A stretch of DNA of 64,000 nt from IMG/VR virus record IMGVR_UViG_3300042197_002147, positions 1 through 64,000 of that record, one strand, 5' to 3'. This DNA comes from a virus. Below the pieces are notes generated by a model, which saw nothing but the letters and a program-made list of their open reading frames with translations, ran no database searches and was not told where the DNA came from. The translations under genes were made by a program, and so were the position numbers. Shown piece by piece: positions 48,575 through 57,519 of this stretch (positions within the stretch are counted from its first letter, which is position 1; each line of letters begins with the position of its first letter).

Positions 48575-49783
48575 ATGGCAAGACCAAATGTTACAATAAG
48601 AATAGTTGATGAATCTCTTTCGCCACCAGCTGGCGAAACTTTAGGTCCAGTAAGAGGCGGAATGGTTTCTCGTAATGGTCTTTTACTAAGAATGGGATAT
48701 ACTTCAGACAAAGAACAAGGTTATCTTTTTACAGAAAATGTAAATGATTGGTTTGCTCGTTTGAGAGACTATACATATAGAACAAATTTAGCAGCAGGAT
48801 TTGCTGGTGCAACATTGACTGCATCTATAGGTCCATCTGCTGCTGCATTTATAGCGGCAACCAATGCCAATAACGGTTCAAATTGGGCATCAGAATGGTG
48901 GGCTGTTCATAATTTCTTGCAATATGGTGCAGGATGCTATGTTGGTGGAACTGGTTCTGTTTCAAATACAGTAAATGTTTATACTGCATTGCAACCATCA
49001 GAGGTTGATTTGGATGTAATGTTTATGGGTGGAACCGCCGCGGCAGATGTTACAAATATGCAAGCAGTTGTTGATGCAAAATCTTCGACAGATTTTGCAA
49101 TAATTGGCGTTCAAACATCAGTTGGTAGCACATATCCAAGTACAGCACCTACATCTGGTACTAGCGAATTCTATGTTCATACATGGGGTCACAAATTACA
49201 CTTTGATACTGCTGGCGATCTAATCAGAACAAATCTAACTCCAGATGTAGCCGGTTGTATAGCAAGAACAGATAGAGATTATTATCCATGGTATTCTCCA
49301 GCAGGAAGAATTCGTGGAAGAGTTTTAAATGTAGTTCGTTTGGAAAACAACCCAACTGCATCAGAACAAGATACTATGTTTGATGCTGGTTATAATCCAG
49401 TAGTTACTTTCCCAGGCGAAGGAACTATTTTGTTTGGTGATAAAACTGGAGCATCAGATACTTCTACCTTGAGCAGAATAAATGTTTCTAGATTGTTCAT
49501 TCATCTTAGAAAGACACTTTCACCAATTGCTAGAGCAATATTGTTTGAGCAAAATGATGAAACAACAAGATCTAGATTCCGTCTTGCTGCTGATACTGTG
49601 TTGAGTCAAGTACAAGGTCAAAGAGGCATAAGTGACTATAGAATAATTTGTGATTCTACTAACAATACACCAGATTTAATTCAACAAAGAATATTTGTTG
49701 CCGATGTATTGGTTAAACCAGTCACTGCAATAAATTATGTAAGATTGACATTCACAAATAAGAATCTAAGTGATCCCTTATAA
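48575..49783 (+). CDS. gp18: Tail sheath protein gp18 (compact, 402 aa)
   Basis: NFLQYG, DVAG..ARTD...PW.SPAG..RG, NPV.TFPG.G..LFGDKT, RINV.RLF, LFEQND..TR. Confidence 0.95.
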   Translation: MARPNVTIRIVDESLSPPAGETLGPVRGGMVSRNGLLLRMGYTSDKEQGYLFTENVNDWFARLRDYTYRTNLAAGFAGATLTASIGPSAAAFIAATNANNGSNWASEWWAVHNFLQYGAGCYVGGTGSVSNTVNVYTALQPSEVDLDVMFMGGTAAADVTNMQAVVDAKSSTDFAIIGVQTSVGSTYPSTAPTSGTSEFYVHTWGHKLHFDTAGDLIRTNLTPDVAGCIARTDRDYYPWYSPAGRIRGRVLNVVRLENNPTASEQDTMFDAGYNPVVTFPGEGTILFGDKTGASDTSTLSRINVSRLFIHLRKTLSPIARAILFEQNDETTRSRFRLAADTVLSQVQGQRGISDYRIICDSTNNTPDLIQQRIFVADVLVKPVTAINYVRLTFTNKNLSDPL

Positions 49784-49784
49784 A

Positions 49785-49796
49785 CATAAATAAATA
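49785..49796 (+). promoter_or_regulatory. Late promoter variants (CATAAATA/AATAAATA) upstream of gp19
   Basis: Tandem ATAAATA cores before the GGGAG RBS. Confidence 0.6.
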
Positions 49797-49815
49797 GAAA
49801 GCAAGGGAGAAAAAT

Positions 49816-50406
49816 ATGGCAACAGGTATAAATGATTTTAGACAGAGATTTAATGGTCATAGACCAAATAGATTTTTAATTAATGGTTCCTTTCCAAATG
49901 CGGTGACACAAGGAAACACTTCAAGTTCTGCTGGAGCAGCATCTGGTGTTCATTTTGATGTCTATTGCAAAGCAACTCAAGTTCCTGGTTCTAGTATTGG
50001 AGTAATTCCAGTTGCTTGGCAGGGAAGAACTGTTAAGTTTTCTGGTGAAAGAACATACGCCGATTGGTCAATACAAATATATGATTCAAGCGATAGTTCT
50101 CAAAATCTAAGACAAATGTTTGAAACATGGATCAATTTGATGGATCATAGAACATTACACACAATGGACTATAGTTTAACATCAAACTGGACTGTTTCCT
50201 TCAATGATGCAACAAGTTCTGTTATTTCTAATCCACAAAGTGGACACAATGAGACTTATACGCTCAGAAATTGTTTCCCATTGGATATATCTCCAATAGA
50301 TTTGTCTTATGAAATGACTGATACTTTTGCAGAATTCACGGTTACATTGGCATATGATTTCTGGGAACCCAATGGTAGTTCTATACCACCACTCATTGCG
50401 CTTTAA
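49816..50406 (+). CDS. gp19: Tail tube protein gp19
   Basis: RPNRF, CKA...PGS.IG.IPV...GR..K..G.RTY.DW, FE.W, P.DIS.IDL, EFTVT..YD.W. Confidence 0.95.
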   Translation: MATGINDFRQRFNGHRPNRFLINGSFPNAVTQGNTSSSAGAASGVHFDVYCKATQVPGSSIGVIPVAWQGRTVKFSGERTYADWSIQIYDSSDSSQNLRQMFETWINLMDHRTLHTMDYSLTSNWTVSFNDATSSVISNPQSGHNETYTLRNCFPLDISPIDLSYEMTDTFAEFTVTLAYDFWEPNGSSIPPLIAL

Positions 50407-50452
50407 TAGTACAGTTTAAATTGTTTTGAACTAAAAAGGAGATTTTTATATT

Positions 50453-52030
50453 ATGGGTTTAATAGATAGAGTATTTGGTTTTTCTTTCAAGAAAGATGAT
50501 TTTCCAAAAGAGAACGACTTAGGAGGGTTGGAACAACCAAAGTCCCAGCCCTCTTTTGTTGCTCAAGAAGACTACGATGGAACCTATGTCATAGAAGGTG
50601 GCGGGTTCTTTAGTAGTTACTTTGACTTTGGTGGAGCTCTTGTTCAAGAAAATACACAAATACAACAATATCGTTCAATGGCAATGTATCCAGAAGTTGA
50701 TCGTGCTATTCAAGATATTGTAAATGATTCAATTGTTTTTGATGGTGAATATGAATGCGTAAAATTAGATTTGGATAATGTAAGCACAATCTCCGATAAC
50801 ATCAAACAAAAAGTTCATCAAGAATTTAAAAATATTAAAAAACTTTTAGACTTTTCAAATAAAGCAGATGATATCTTTAGAAGATGGTATATAGATTCTA
50901 AAGTATTTTATCATATTATTATTGATGTTGAACATCCAGAAAAAGGTATTCAACAACTTCGTTCTATTGATCCTACAAAAATTCAAAAAGTAAGAAAAGT
51001 AGAAAAAGAAAATAAAAATATAAATGGTATGAATCTCTCTATTGTCAAAAAAGTAGATGAATTTTATGTTTATACAGATTTAGACAAAGATTCATTAACA
51101 CCAACTACGACAGCAGGACTCAAAATATCAGTGGATTCTATTTGCTATGTCCATTCTGGAGTAGTAGATAGCGGTTCTAAGCGTGTTATAGGTTATCTAC
51201 AAAAAGCAATTCGACCAGTAAATATGTTGCGTCAAATAGAAGATGCTGTAGTAATCTACAGAATTTCTAGAGCACCTGAAAGAAGAGTTTTTTACATTGA
51301 TGTAGGAAATCTACCAAAGCAAAAAGCAGAACAATATATTTCAAGTTTGATGAATAAGTATCGCAATAAAATAACATACGATACTAAATCTGGTGAAATA
51401 AAAGATGAAAGAAACCACATGTCTATGTTGGAGGATTTCTGGATTCCTAGAAGAGAAGGAAATCGTGGAACAGAAATTTCTTTGTTAGATGGGGGTCAAA
51501 ATCTTGGTCAAATGGACGATGTTGATTATCTATTAAAGAAAGTCTATAGAGCATTAAATGTTCCAATAAGTAGACTTGAAACCACAACTGGATTCAACAT
51601 GGGTAGATCAACCGAAATATCCAGAGATGAAGTCCAATTTTTCAAATTTATAGAAAAATTAAGAAAGAAATTCTCATTTTTATTCTTAGATCTTTTAAGA
51701 AAACAGTGTCTATTAAAAGGTATAATGACTGAAGAAGATTGGGACAATATAGTTCAGGATATAAGATTTGACTGGAATAAAGATTCGTACTTTACCGAAC
51801 TCAAAGAAAACGAAATAATGAGAGAAAAAGTTGATATGTTAAATATTATGGCAAATTATACAAATCAATTCTTCTCTGCAAAGTGGGTTCGTAAGAATAT
51901 CTTGAAGCAAACTGATGAAGAAATTGCAGAAATGAACGCCGAAATAGAAGAAGAACAGGCAAAAATAATGCAACAACAGATGCTTCAACAACAAATGAAC
52001 CCAGAAGGCGAACAAACAGAACAAATTTAA
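50453..52030 (+). CDS. gp20: Portal protein gp20
   Basis: YR.MA..PEVD.AI.DIVN, EDAVVIYRISRAPERRVFYIDVGNLPK.KAEQY, EDFW.PRREG.RGTEI. Confidence 0.98.
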   Translation: MGLIDRVFGFSFKKDDFPKENDLGGLEQPKSQPSFVAQEDYDGTYVIEGGGFFSSYFDFGGALVQENTQIQQYRSMAMYPEVDRAIQDIVNDSIVFDGEYECVKLDLDNVSTISDNIKQKVHQEFKNIKKLLDFSNKADDIFRRWYIDSKVFYHIIIDVEHPEKGIQQLRSIDPTKIQKVRKVEKENKNINGMNLSIVKKVDEFYVYTDLDKDSLTPTTTAGLKISVDSICYVHSGVVDSGSKRVIGYLQKAIRPVNMLRQIEDAVVIYRISRAPERRVFYIDVGNLPKQKAEQYISSLMNKYRNKITYDTKSGEIKDERNHMSMLEDFWIPRREGNRGTEISLLDGGQNLGQMDDVDYLLKKVYRALNVPISRLETTTGFNMGRSTEISRDEVQFFKFIEKLRKKFSFLFLDLLRKQCLLKGIMTEEDWDNIVQDIRFDWNKDSYFTELKENEIMREKVDMLNIMANYTNQFFSAKWVRKNILKQTDEEIAEMNAEIEEEQAKIMQQQMLQQQMNPEGEQTEQI

Positions 52031-52059
52031 AATAATATATACAAATAGGAGAAAATAAC

Positions 52060-52554
52060 ATGACAAACTTAGAAAAAGCAGTAGTCAGCATACTCAACAA
52101 TAATTTGGTTGAAGGAAAAAAATTAATAGAATCTAGTCTTTATCAAAAAATGGGCGAACATTTGGAGAAAAAACTTATGGAATTTGCACCATCTGTATTT
52201 AACGAAAAAATGGATCCAGTTGGCGATGAAGATGAAGATGTTGATAATGATGGTGATTCTGATGAGTCTGATGATTATTTAAAAAATCGTAGAGAAAAGA
52301 TTTCTGCTGCAATGAAGGAAGAGAAAGAAGAAGAGGAAGAAGAGGAAGAGGAAGAAGAGGAAGAAGAGGAAGAGGAAGAAGAGGACGAAGAGGACGAGGA
52401 AGAGGAAGAGGAAATGAAAGAGTCTCTTTCTGATCAAGAATTACAAGAAATGCTTTCAGAATTAATTGAACAAATTGAAAAAGAATCTGGTTATGAGTTA
52501 ACCGAAGAGGAAATTCAACAAGTAGTTGAAGCATTTTTAAACGAAAACAAATAA
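52060..52554 (+). CDS. Acidic prohead core protein (gp67-like) with a poly-Glu tract
   Basis: Between portal and protease; very acidic; L/F-x-E protease-site-like motifs; DPVG.ED.D.DNDGD motif. Confidence 0.7.
   Translation: MTNLEKAVVSILNNNLVEGKKLIESSLYQKMGEHLEKKLMEFAPSVFNEKMDPVGDEDEDVDNDGDSDESDDYLKNRREKISAAMKEEKEEEEEEEEEEEEEEEEEEEDEEDEEEEEEMKESLSDQELQEMLSELIEQIEKESGYELTEEEIQQVVEAFLNENK
52315..52411 (+). repeat. GAA/GAG purine tract encoding poly-Glu
   Basis: Repeated gaagaggaa-type units. Confidence 0.9.
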
Positions 52555-52566
52555 TAGGAATTAAAA

Positions 52567-53214
52567 ATGAAGCTAATAACTGAGACTATAGAATCTGTAA
52601 AACCAATAGTTGAATCTCGTGAGGATGGAAAAAAGAACTACTTCCTCGAAGGTATTATGCTTCAGGCAGAAACTGTAAATCGAAACGGAAGAAGATATCC
52701 TCTTAACATTTTAGAAAATGAAATAGGAAGATATAATCAAAATTTTGTTGCTAAAAAAAGAGCACTTGGTGAATTAAACCATCCACAGGGGCCTACAGTT
52801 AATTTAGATCGTGTTTCACACATGATCACAGAACTTCGTAGAAATGGTAATGATTTTATAGGTCGAGCAAAAATTCTTGCAGAAACTCCAATGGGTAATA
52901 TTGTGAAGAATTTGATTGATGAAGGTGCTTTACTGGGTGTCTCTTCTAGAGGTATGGGTTCTCTCAAGAAAGTAAACGAAGTGAATGAGGTTCAACCAGA
53001 TTTTTCTTTATCTGCAATAGACATTGTTGCTGATCCATCTGCACCAAATGCATTTGTGAATGGAATCATGGAAGGAAAAGAATGGGTTTGGGATAATGGA
53101 ATATTAAAAGAAAAAGTAATTCATGGTTATAAAACAGAACTTTCAAAAACATCAAGAAGAAATCTTGAGAAAAAAGCAATTCAATTATTTGAAGACTTTT
53201 TGAGAAGACTTTAA
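52567..53214 (+). CDS. gp21: Prohead protease gp21
   Basis: MKLITE, NRNGR.YP, ALGELNHP.GPTVNLDRVSH, GVSSRGMGSL, DIVADPSAP.AFV.GIME. Confidence 0.98.
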   Translation: MKLITETIESVKPIVESREDGKKNYFLEGIMLQAETVNRNGRRYPLNILENEIGRYNQNFVAKKRALGELNHPQGPTVNLDRVSHMITELRRNGNDFIGRAKILAETPMGNIVKNLIDEGALLGVSSRGMGSLKKVNEVNEVQPDFSLSAIDIVADPSAPNAFVNGIMEGKEWVWDNGILKEKVIHGYKTELSKTSRRNLEKKAIQLFEDFLRRL

Positions 53215-53221
53215 ATTGCAC

Positions 53222-53908
53222 ATGAATAGAAATCCAAAAAATCTTCAAGAAATTAATAAATTTGAAGCCTGGAAGCGGCAACAAATTATAAATGAGATTT
53301 TTAGAGCATCTTTCCCCAGAATTGCTGCAGCCGGTCTTGGTAGAGCAGCAAAAAGACTAGGATCTGGTTTAATTGGTGCTGTTTCTGTTGCACCAAAATA
53401 TGTAACTAAAACTGCAAAAGCAATGGGTGATGTTCAGCAAAAAACAAAAGTTTTAGGTACTCAAATTACACCAAGATATACCGCATGGATAAAAGCAGGA
53501 AAACCAGATAGCGGTAGACCTTTTGGAAGAGGAGAAATAAGACAATTTAAAAGAACTCAAAGAGATATAAGAAATCAAAGTTTTAAAGTAGATTCAGTTT
53601 CCAAGAAACAAATCATTAAAGCAAAAAGTTCAATAGGTTTAGGAATTCAAGGTGCAAAAAGTGCAATTAGTGCAGTCGATAGAGCATTTGATATAAAAAT
53701 GCCTAAACCAGTGGTCGCTGCTAAAAATATATTAACTACAATACCAAGAATAGTAACAGGGGCAGCAATAGAAAATATTAAACAAAATATCTTAAGTTAT
53801 GATCCAGATTTAACTTCCGCCCAAAATAAAAGATTGCCACATAGAAGTTCTTTGGGTGGAGAATTGATTGGTCAGACCAGAAAAACAATAAAAAGATTAA
53901 ATAAGTAA
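53222..53908 (+). CDS. Basic hypothetical protein, candidate internal head protein
   Basis: Lys/Arg/Ala-rich; N-terminal LQE..KFEAW..QQIINE; inserted between gp21 and gp22; ATG at 53222. Confidence 0.55.
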   Translation: MNRNPKNLQEINKFEAWKRQQIINEIFRASFPRIAAAGLGRAAKRLGSGLIGAVSVAPKYVTKTAKAMGDVQQKTKVLGTQITPRYTAWIKAGKPDSGRPFGRGEIRQFKRTQRDIRNQSFKVDSVSKKQIIKAKSSIGLGIQGAKSAISAVDRAFDIKMPKPVVAAKNILTTIPRIVTGAAIENIKQNILSYDPDLTSAQNKRLPHRSSLGGELIGQTRKTIKRLNK

Positions 53909-53969
53909 TTTAATATCGTCAAAAATTAAATTATTCTAAATATAAATGATAAAAGTGGAGGAACAAATC

Positions 53970-54953
53970 GTGCAAGATAACACACAACAAGTAACAGATA
54001 TGGGATACTCTTCACCGGGTTTATACAGTGATGTAAACGGAAGAGGAGCAGTAATAGGAACACTTCAAACACAAGATAACTCATTGAGAAATAAGTCATC
54101 TCTTCGTCCAGGCGGTTCTGTAAATCAACCAGCACAATTGGGCGAACTAGAAAGAGATGAGGAAATGACACAATCAGAAAGTATTGCTACAGATATAGAA
54201 AACACACTGAATTCTTTGTTTGAAAATTCTGGTGCTTCTGAAGAATTTGTACAAAAAATCAAGACAGTGTTTACTGCTGCGCTAAATGAAAAAGTTTCTT
54301 TAATTGAACAAGCAATTCTAGAAGCATCTAAAGAAATAATTGAGCAAAAAATTCAAGAAAACATAGGTCAAGTAGTTGAACATGTTGACCAATACCTCAG
54401 CTATGTTGTAGAGGAATGGTCAAAGGAAAATCAACTTGCAATAGAAAATGGTTTCCGCACCGAAATTGCAGAAAACTTTATTCTTGGTCTAAAGGAACTT
54501 TTTGAAAATAGTTTCATTGATGTGCCACAAGAAAAGTATGACATTCTTGACGATCTGTTCTCAGCAAACGCTGAACTAGAAAAAGCAGCAAACACTGCTC
54601 TTTCCGAGAACATGCAACTCAGAAATGAAATTCTTGCTCATCAATGTGCAGAATCTTTCATTGAAATAAGCGAGGGTTTAGCAGATACAGAAATAGAAAA
54701 ACTTGCAAAACTTTCTGAATCTTTAGAATTTGACAGTGTAGATCAGTATGCACAAAAAGTTCAAATTTTGAAGGAATCTTATTTCGGTCAAAGACCACAA
54801 CAATCACAACAGCAAATTGCACCAAATTATGGTTCAATCACTGAAGAAACAACAAATACAAACACAAAACCAGTTGGTTCTGATCCTTTAATGGAACAAT
54901 ATGTCAGAAGCATCAGTAATCAACTAAAGTTAACAAACAAACCAAAAAAGTAA
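53970..54953 (+). CDS. gp22: Prohead core scaffold gp22
   Basis: EEF..K..TVF.AAL, VD.YL.YVVEEW..EN.LAIE.G.R.EIAE.F..GLK.LF, LKESYF, DP.M..Y; GTG at 53970 follows GGAGG (ORF track start 53946). Confidence 0.93.
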   Translation: MQDNTQQVTDMGYSSPGLYSDVNGRGAVIGTLQTQDNSLRNKSSLRPGGSVNQPAQLGELERDEEMTQSESIATDIENTLNSLFENSGASEEFVQKIKTVFTAALNEKVSLIEQAILEASKEIIEQKIQENIGQVVEHVDQYLSYVVEEWSKENQLAIENGFRTEIAENFILGLKELFENSFIDVPQEKYDILDDLFSANAELEKAANTALSENMQLRNEILAHQCAESFIEISEGLADTEIEKLAKLSESLEFDSVDQYAQKVQILKESYFGQRPQQSQQQIAPNYGSITEETTNTNTKPVGSDPLMEQYVRSISNQLKLTNKPKK

Positions 54954-54998
54954 GTTGAAAAATTTAAATCTACTACATATTTAAACAAGGAGAAAAAG

Positions 54999-56414
54999 AT
55001 GGACTTTAATTCAACAACACCGTATGACACATTGGTAGAAAAATGGGAACCAGTAATCAATCACTCGGAACTCCCAGATATAGCAGATGTACACAAGCGC
55101 AGAGTTACTGCCGTTCTCTTAGAGAACCAAAAGAGAGCTCTTGCTGAAGGAATGCTTACAGAAGCACCAGCCAATGCAATTGGTGGTGGTTTCCAGACAG
55201 GACAAATTGGTACACCAAATACAAGTCTTGCTGGTTATGACCCAATTCTAATTTCATTGGTTCGTCGTGCAATGCCAAATGTTGTTGCTTACGACATTGC
55301 TGGCGTTCAACCAATGACCGCACCAACAGGCTTGATCTTTGCAATGAGATCTAAGTACCAACAACAAGGTTTAGTTGGCGACAACAACGAAGCAATGTTT
55401 GATGAACCATGGGCCCAGTTCTCTGGTGCATCTGGTGCATCTGGTGCATTTAGTTTTGCAAACATGCTTGCTGGTCACACACTCGGTGTTGAACCAATTA
55501 CAAGCAGCGGCACAAAGAACGATGTGTTTAGCAAGTTCCGTGGCATTATAACAAATAACGCAGAAGGTCTTGGTGGATCTTCTGATACCTACCAATTCCG
55601 CGAGATGGCATTCAGCATTGAGCGCGTCGCTGTAGAAGCAAGAACACGCGCCCTCAAGGCAGAATACACCACAGAGTTGGCACAAGACCTCAAGGCCGTT
55701 CACGGACTTGATGCTGAATCTGAATTGGCCAACATTCTCAGCACAGAAATTCTCAATGAAATCAACCGCGAGATCATCCGTGCAGTCTACACCATCTCCA
55801 AGAAGGGTGCTCAAAACAGCGACCTCAATGGTGCTGGTAACGGCGTCTACGATGTAGTTGCTGACTCTGACGGTCGTTGGAGCGCAGAACGCTACCGTGG
55901 TTTGATGTTCCAAATCGAACGCGAAGCAAACACCATTGCCAAGCAAACTCGTAGAGGAAAGGGTAACTTCATCCTTTGCAGCGCAGATGTCGCTTCTGCT
56001 CTCGCAATGGGTGGATTCCTCAACCTCTCACCAGCACTCAATGTCAACATGAATGTTGACGACACAGGAAATGTCTTCGCTGGTGTTCTTAACGGTAAGT
56101 TTAAGGTCTTCATCGACCCATTCGTTAAGGAAGGCGTTGATTTCTGCATGGTCGGATATAAGGGAGTTTCCCCATATGACGCCGGTATGTTCTACTGCCC
56201 ATATGTTCCTCTCCAAATGGTTCGTGCAGTATCTCAAGATACCTTCCAACCAAAGATTGGTTTCAAGACCCGTTATGGAATGGTTGCAAATCCATTCGCA
56301 AAGGGAAGAACAGCAATCTCTCTGAACAGTGATGGTCTTGACGCAGACAGCAATGTTTACTACAGACTCTTTGCAGTCAAAAACCTCCACGGTCAAACTG
56401 GTGGAATCGTCTGA
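54999..56414 (+). CDS. gp23: Major capsid protein gp23
   Basis: L.EKW.PV, DPILISLVRRAMP, VQPM.APTGLIFAMR, RALKAEYT.ELAQDLKAVHGLDAE.ELANILSTEI, FYCPYVPLQM, FQPKIGFKTRYG. Confidence 0.99.
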   Translation: MDFNSTTPYDTLVEKWEPVINHSELPDIADVHKRRVTAVLLENQKRALAEGMLTEAPANAIGGGFQTGQIGTPNTSLAGYDPILISLVRRAMPNVVAYDIAGVQPMTAPTGLIFAMRSKYQQQGLVGDNNEAMFDEPWAQFSGASGASGAFSFANMLAGHTLGVEPITSSGTKNDVFSKFRGIITNNAEGLGGSSDTYQFREMAFSIERVAVEARTRALKAEYTTELAQDLKAVHGLDAESELANILSTEILNEINREIIRAVYTISKKGAQNSDLNGAGNGVYDVVADSDGRWSAERYRGLMFQIEREANTIAKQTRRGKGNFILCSADVASALAMGGFLNLSPALNVNMNVDDTGNVFAGVLNGKFKVFIDPFVKEGVDFCMVGYKGVSPYDAGMFYCPYVPLQMVRAVSQDTFQPKIGFKTRYGMVANPFAKGRTAISLNSDGLDADSNVYYRLFAVKNLHGQTGGIV

Positions 56415-56437
56415 GTAACTGAATAATTCAGTAACCC

Positions 56438-56472
56438 GAAACCGGGAGCAGAAATGCTCCCGGTTTTCTTTT
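56438..56472 (+). terminator. Intrinsic terminator after gp23
   Basis: AAACCGGGAGCA-GAAA-TGCTCCCGGTTT followed by TCTTTT; a small ACTGAA/TTCAGT hairpin lies just upstream. Confidence 0.92.
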
Positions 56473-56479
56473 ATAAATA
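56472..56479 (+). promoter_or_regulatory. T4-type late promoter TATAAATA for gp3
   Basis: Exact consensus directly after the terminator, ending 5 nt before ATG 56485. Confidence 0.78.
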
Positions 56480-56484
56480 GTTGT

Positions 56485-57060
56485 ATGAGTTTTGTAGACT
56501 ACTTAAATCAATTACCAAATTCCTTTAAAAGCAAATTGCCTGGCGATTTGCTAATGGAAAACGACTGGAAACCAGAGAATAGAAATTTCTTAACTGGCAA
56601 TAAGTTTATATTTGTTTTAAATCGTGTTCCTACTGTTTCTTTCTTTTGTCAAAGAGTAAACATACCATCTATTGGATTTGGTCAAACTCCTCAGGCAAAT
56701 CCAAGATCTGTAAATATAGTTCGGCCAGGAACACAATTATTGTATGAAGATTTACAAGTTGGTTTTAGTGTTGACGAAGAAATGAAAAACTGGTTAGAAA
56801 TTCATAATTGGTTAGTAAACCTAAGTACATTTACTGGTAATAACGAAAGATTACCAGAAGATCAGAAAATTTCCACGGCAGGAATATATGTATTATCAAG
56901 TTCCTACAAACCAATTTTGACTGTAAAATTTAGCAATGTTTATCCAATTTCGTTGAGTGGTTTAGATTTTGATGTTTCAATACAAGATGTTGATGTCTTA
57001 CAAGCAACCGCAACATTTTCATACACACATTACGAAATAATACAAGGTGCTAATTTTTAA
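56485..57060 (+). CDS. gp3: Tail tube terminator gp3
   Basis: NRNFL....F.F...R.P.V.FFCQ..NIP.I, L.Y.DL...F.VDE.M.NW.EIHNW, P.SLSGL.FD, ATF.Y..Y. Confidence 0.92.
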   Translation: MSFVDYLNQLPNSFKSKLPGDLLMENDWKPENRNFLTGNKFIFVLNRVPTVSFFCQRVNIPSIGFGQTPQANPRSVNIVRPGTQLLYEDLQVGFSVDEEMKNWLEIHNWLVNLSTFTGNNERLPEDQKISTAGIYVLSSSYKPILTVKFSNVYPISLSGLDFDVSIQDVDVLQATATFSYTHYEIIQGANF

Positions 57061-57065
57061 ATTTG

Positions 57066-57074
57066 TGTTATACT
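57066..57074 (+). promoter_or_regulatory. Extended -10 promoter (TGtTATACT) for uvsY
   Basis: TG at 57066-57067, TATACT at 57069-57074; ATG at 57082; no RBS. Confidence 0.55.
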
Positions 57075-57081
57075 ATACATT

Positions 57082-57519
57082 ATGCTAAAAATTTCAGATA
57101 TTAGACAAATGATTGAAACTGATATGAAGATTGACCCGACTAATCTAGATCGGGAAAGTTTGCTCATACCACAACTGCATAACAAATATTTGTGCATAAT
57201 GATGGATGAGAAATTAATTCTTAAAAAATATGAATCAGATTTGGCAGTTTTAAAAAAGAATAAGTGGTTATATTACTTGGGAAAAATGTCAGAAGAACAA
57301 TTGCTTTCTCTCGGATGGGAAGCATTTGAACTGGCGATAACCAGACAAGATGTTGACCGATTTATGGAATCTGATTCGGATTACATAACACTTTTTAATA
57401 AAGTAGAATTACAAAAAGAAAAAATAACATATCTAGAAAATATTATTAAATCTATTAGTAATAGAATTTGGAATATCAGAGCCGCTATAGATTGGCATAA
57501 GTTTACTCAGGGACAATGA
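57082..57519 (+). CDS. uvsY: Recombination mediator UvsY
   Basis: D..ID...L..ESL.IPQLH.KY, W.YY.GK, I.NR.W.I..AI.W.KF..G. Confidence 0.93.
   Translation: MLKISDIRQMIETDMKIDPTNLDRESLLIPQLHNKYLCIMMDEKLILKKYESDLAVLKKNKWLYYLGKMSEEQLLSLGWEAFELAITRQDVDRFMESDSDYITLFNKVELQKEKITYLENIIKSISNRIWNIRAAIDWHKFTQGQ

Noticed and set aside
55156-56396. Several antisense ORFs up to 191 aa within gp23
   Set aside because: Expected by-product of the biased codon usage of the capsid gene; no recognisable protein features
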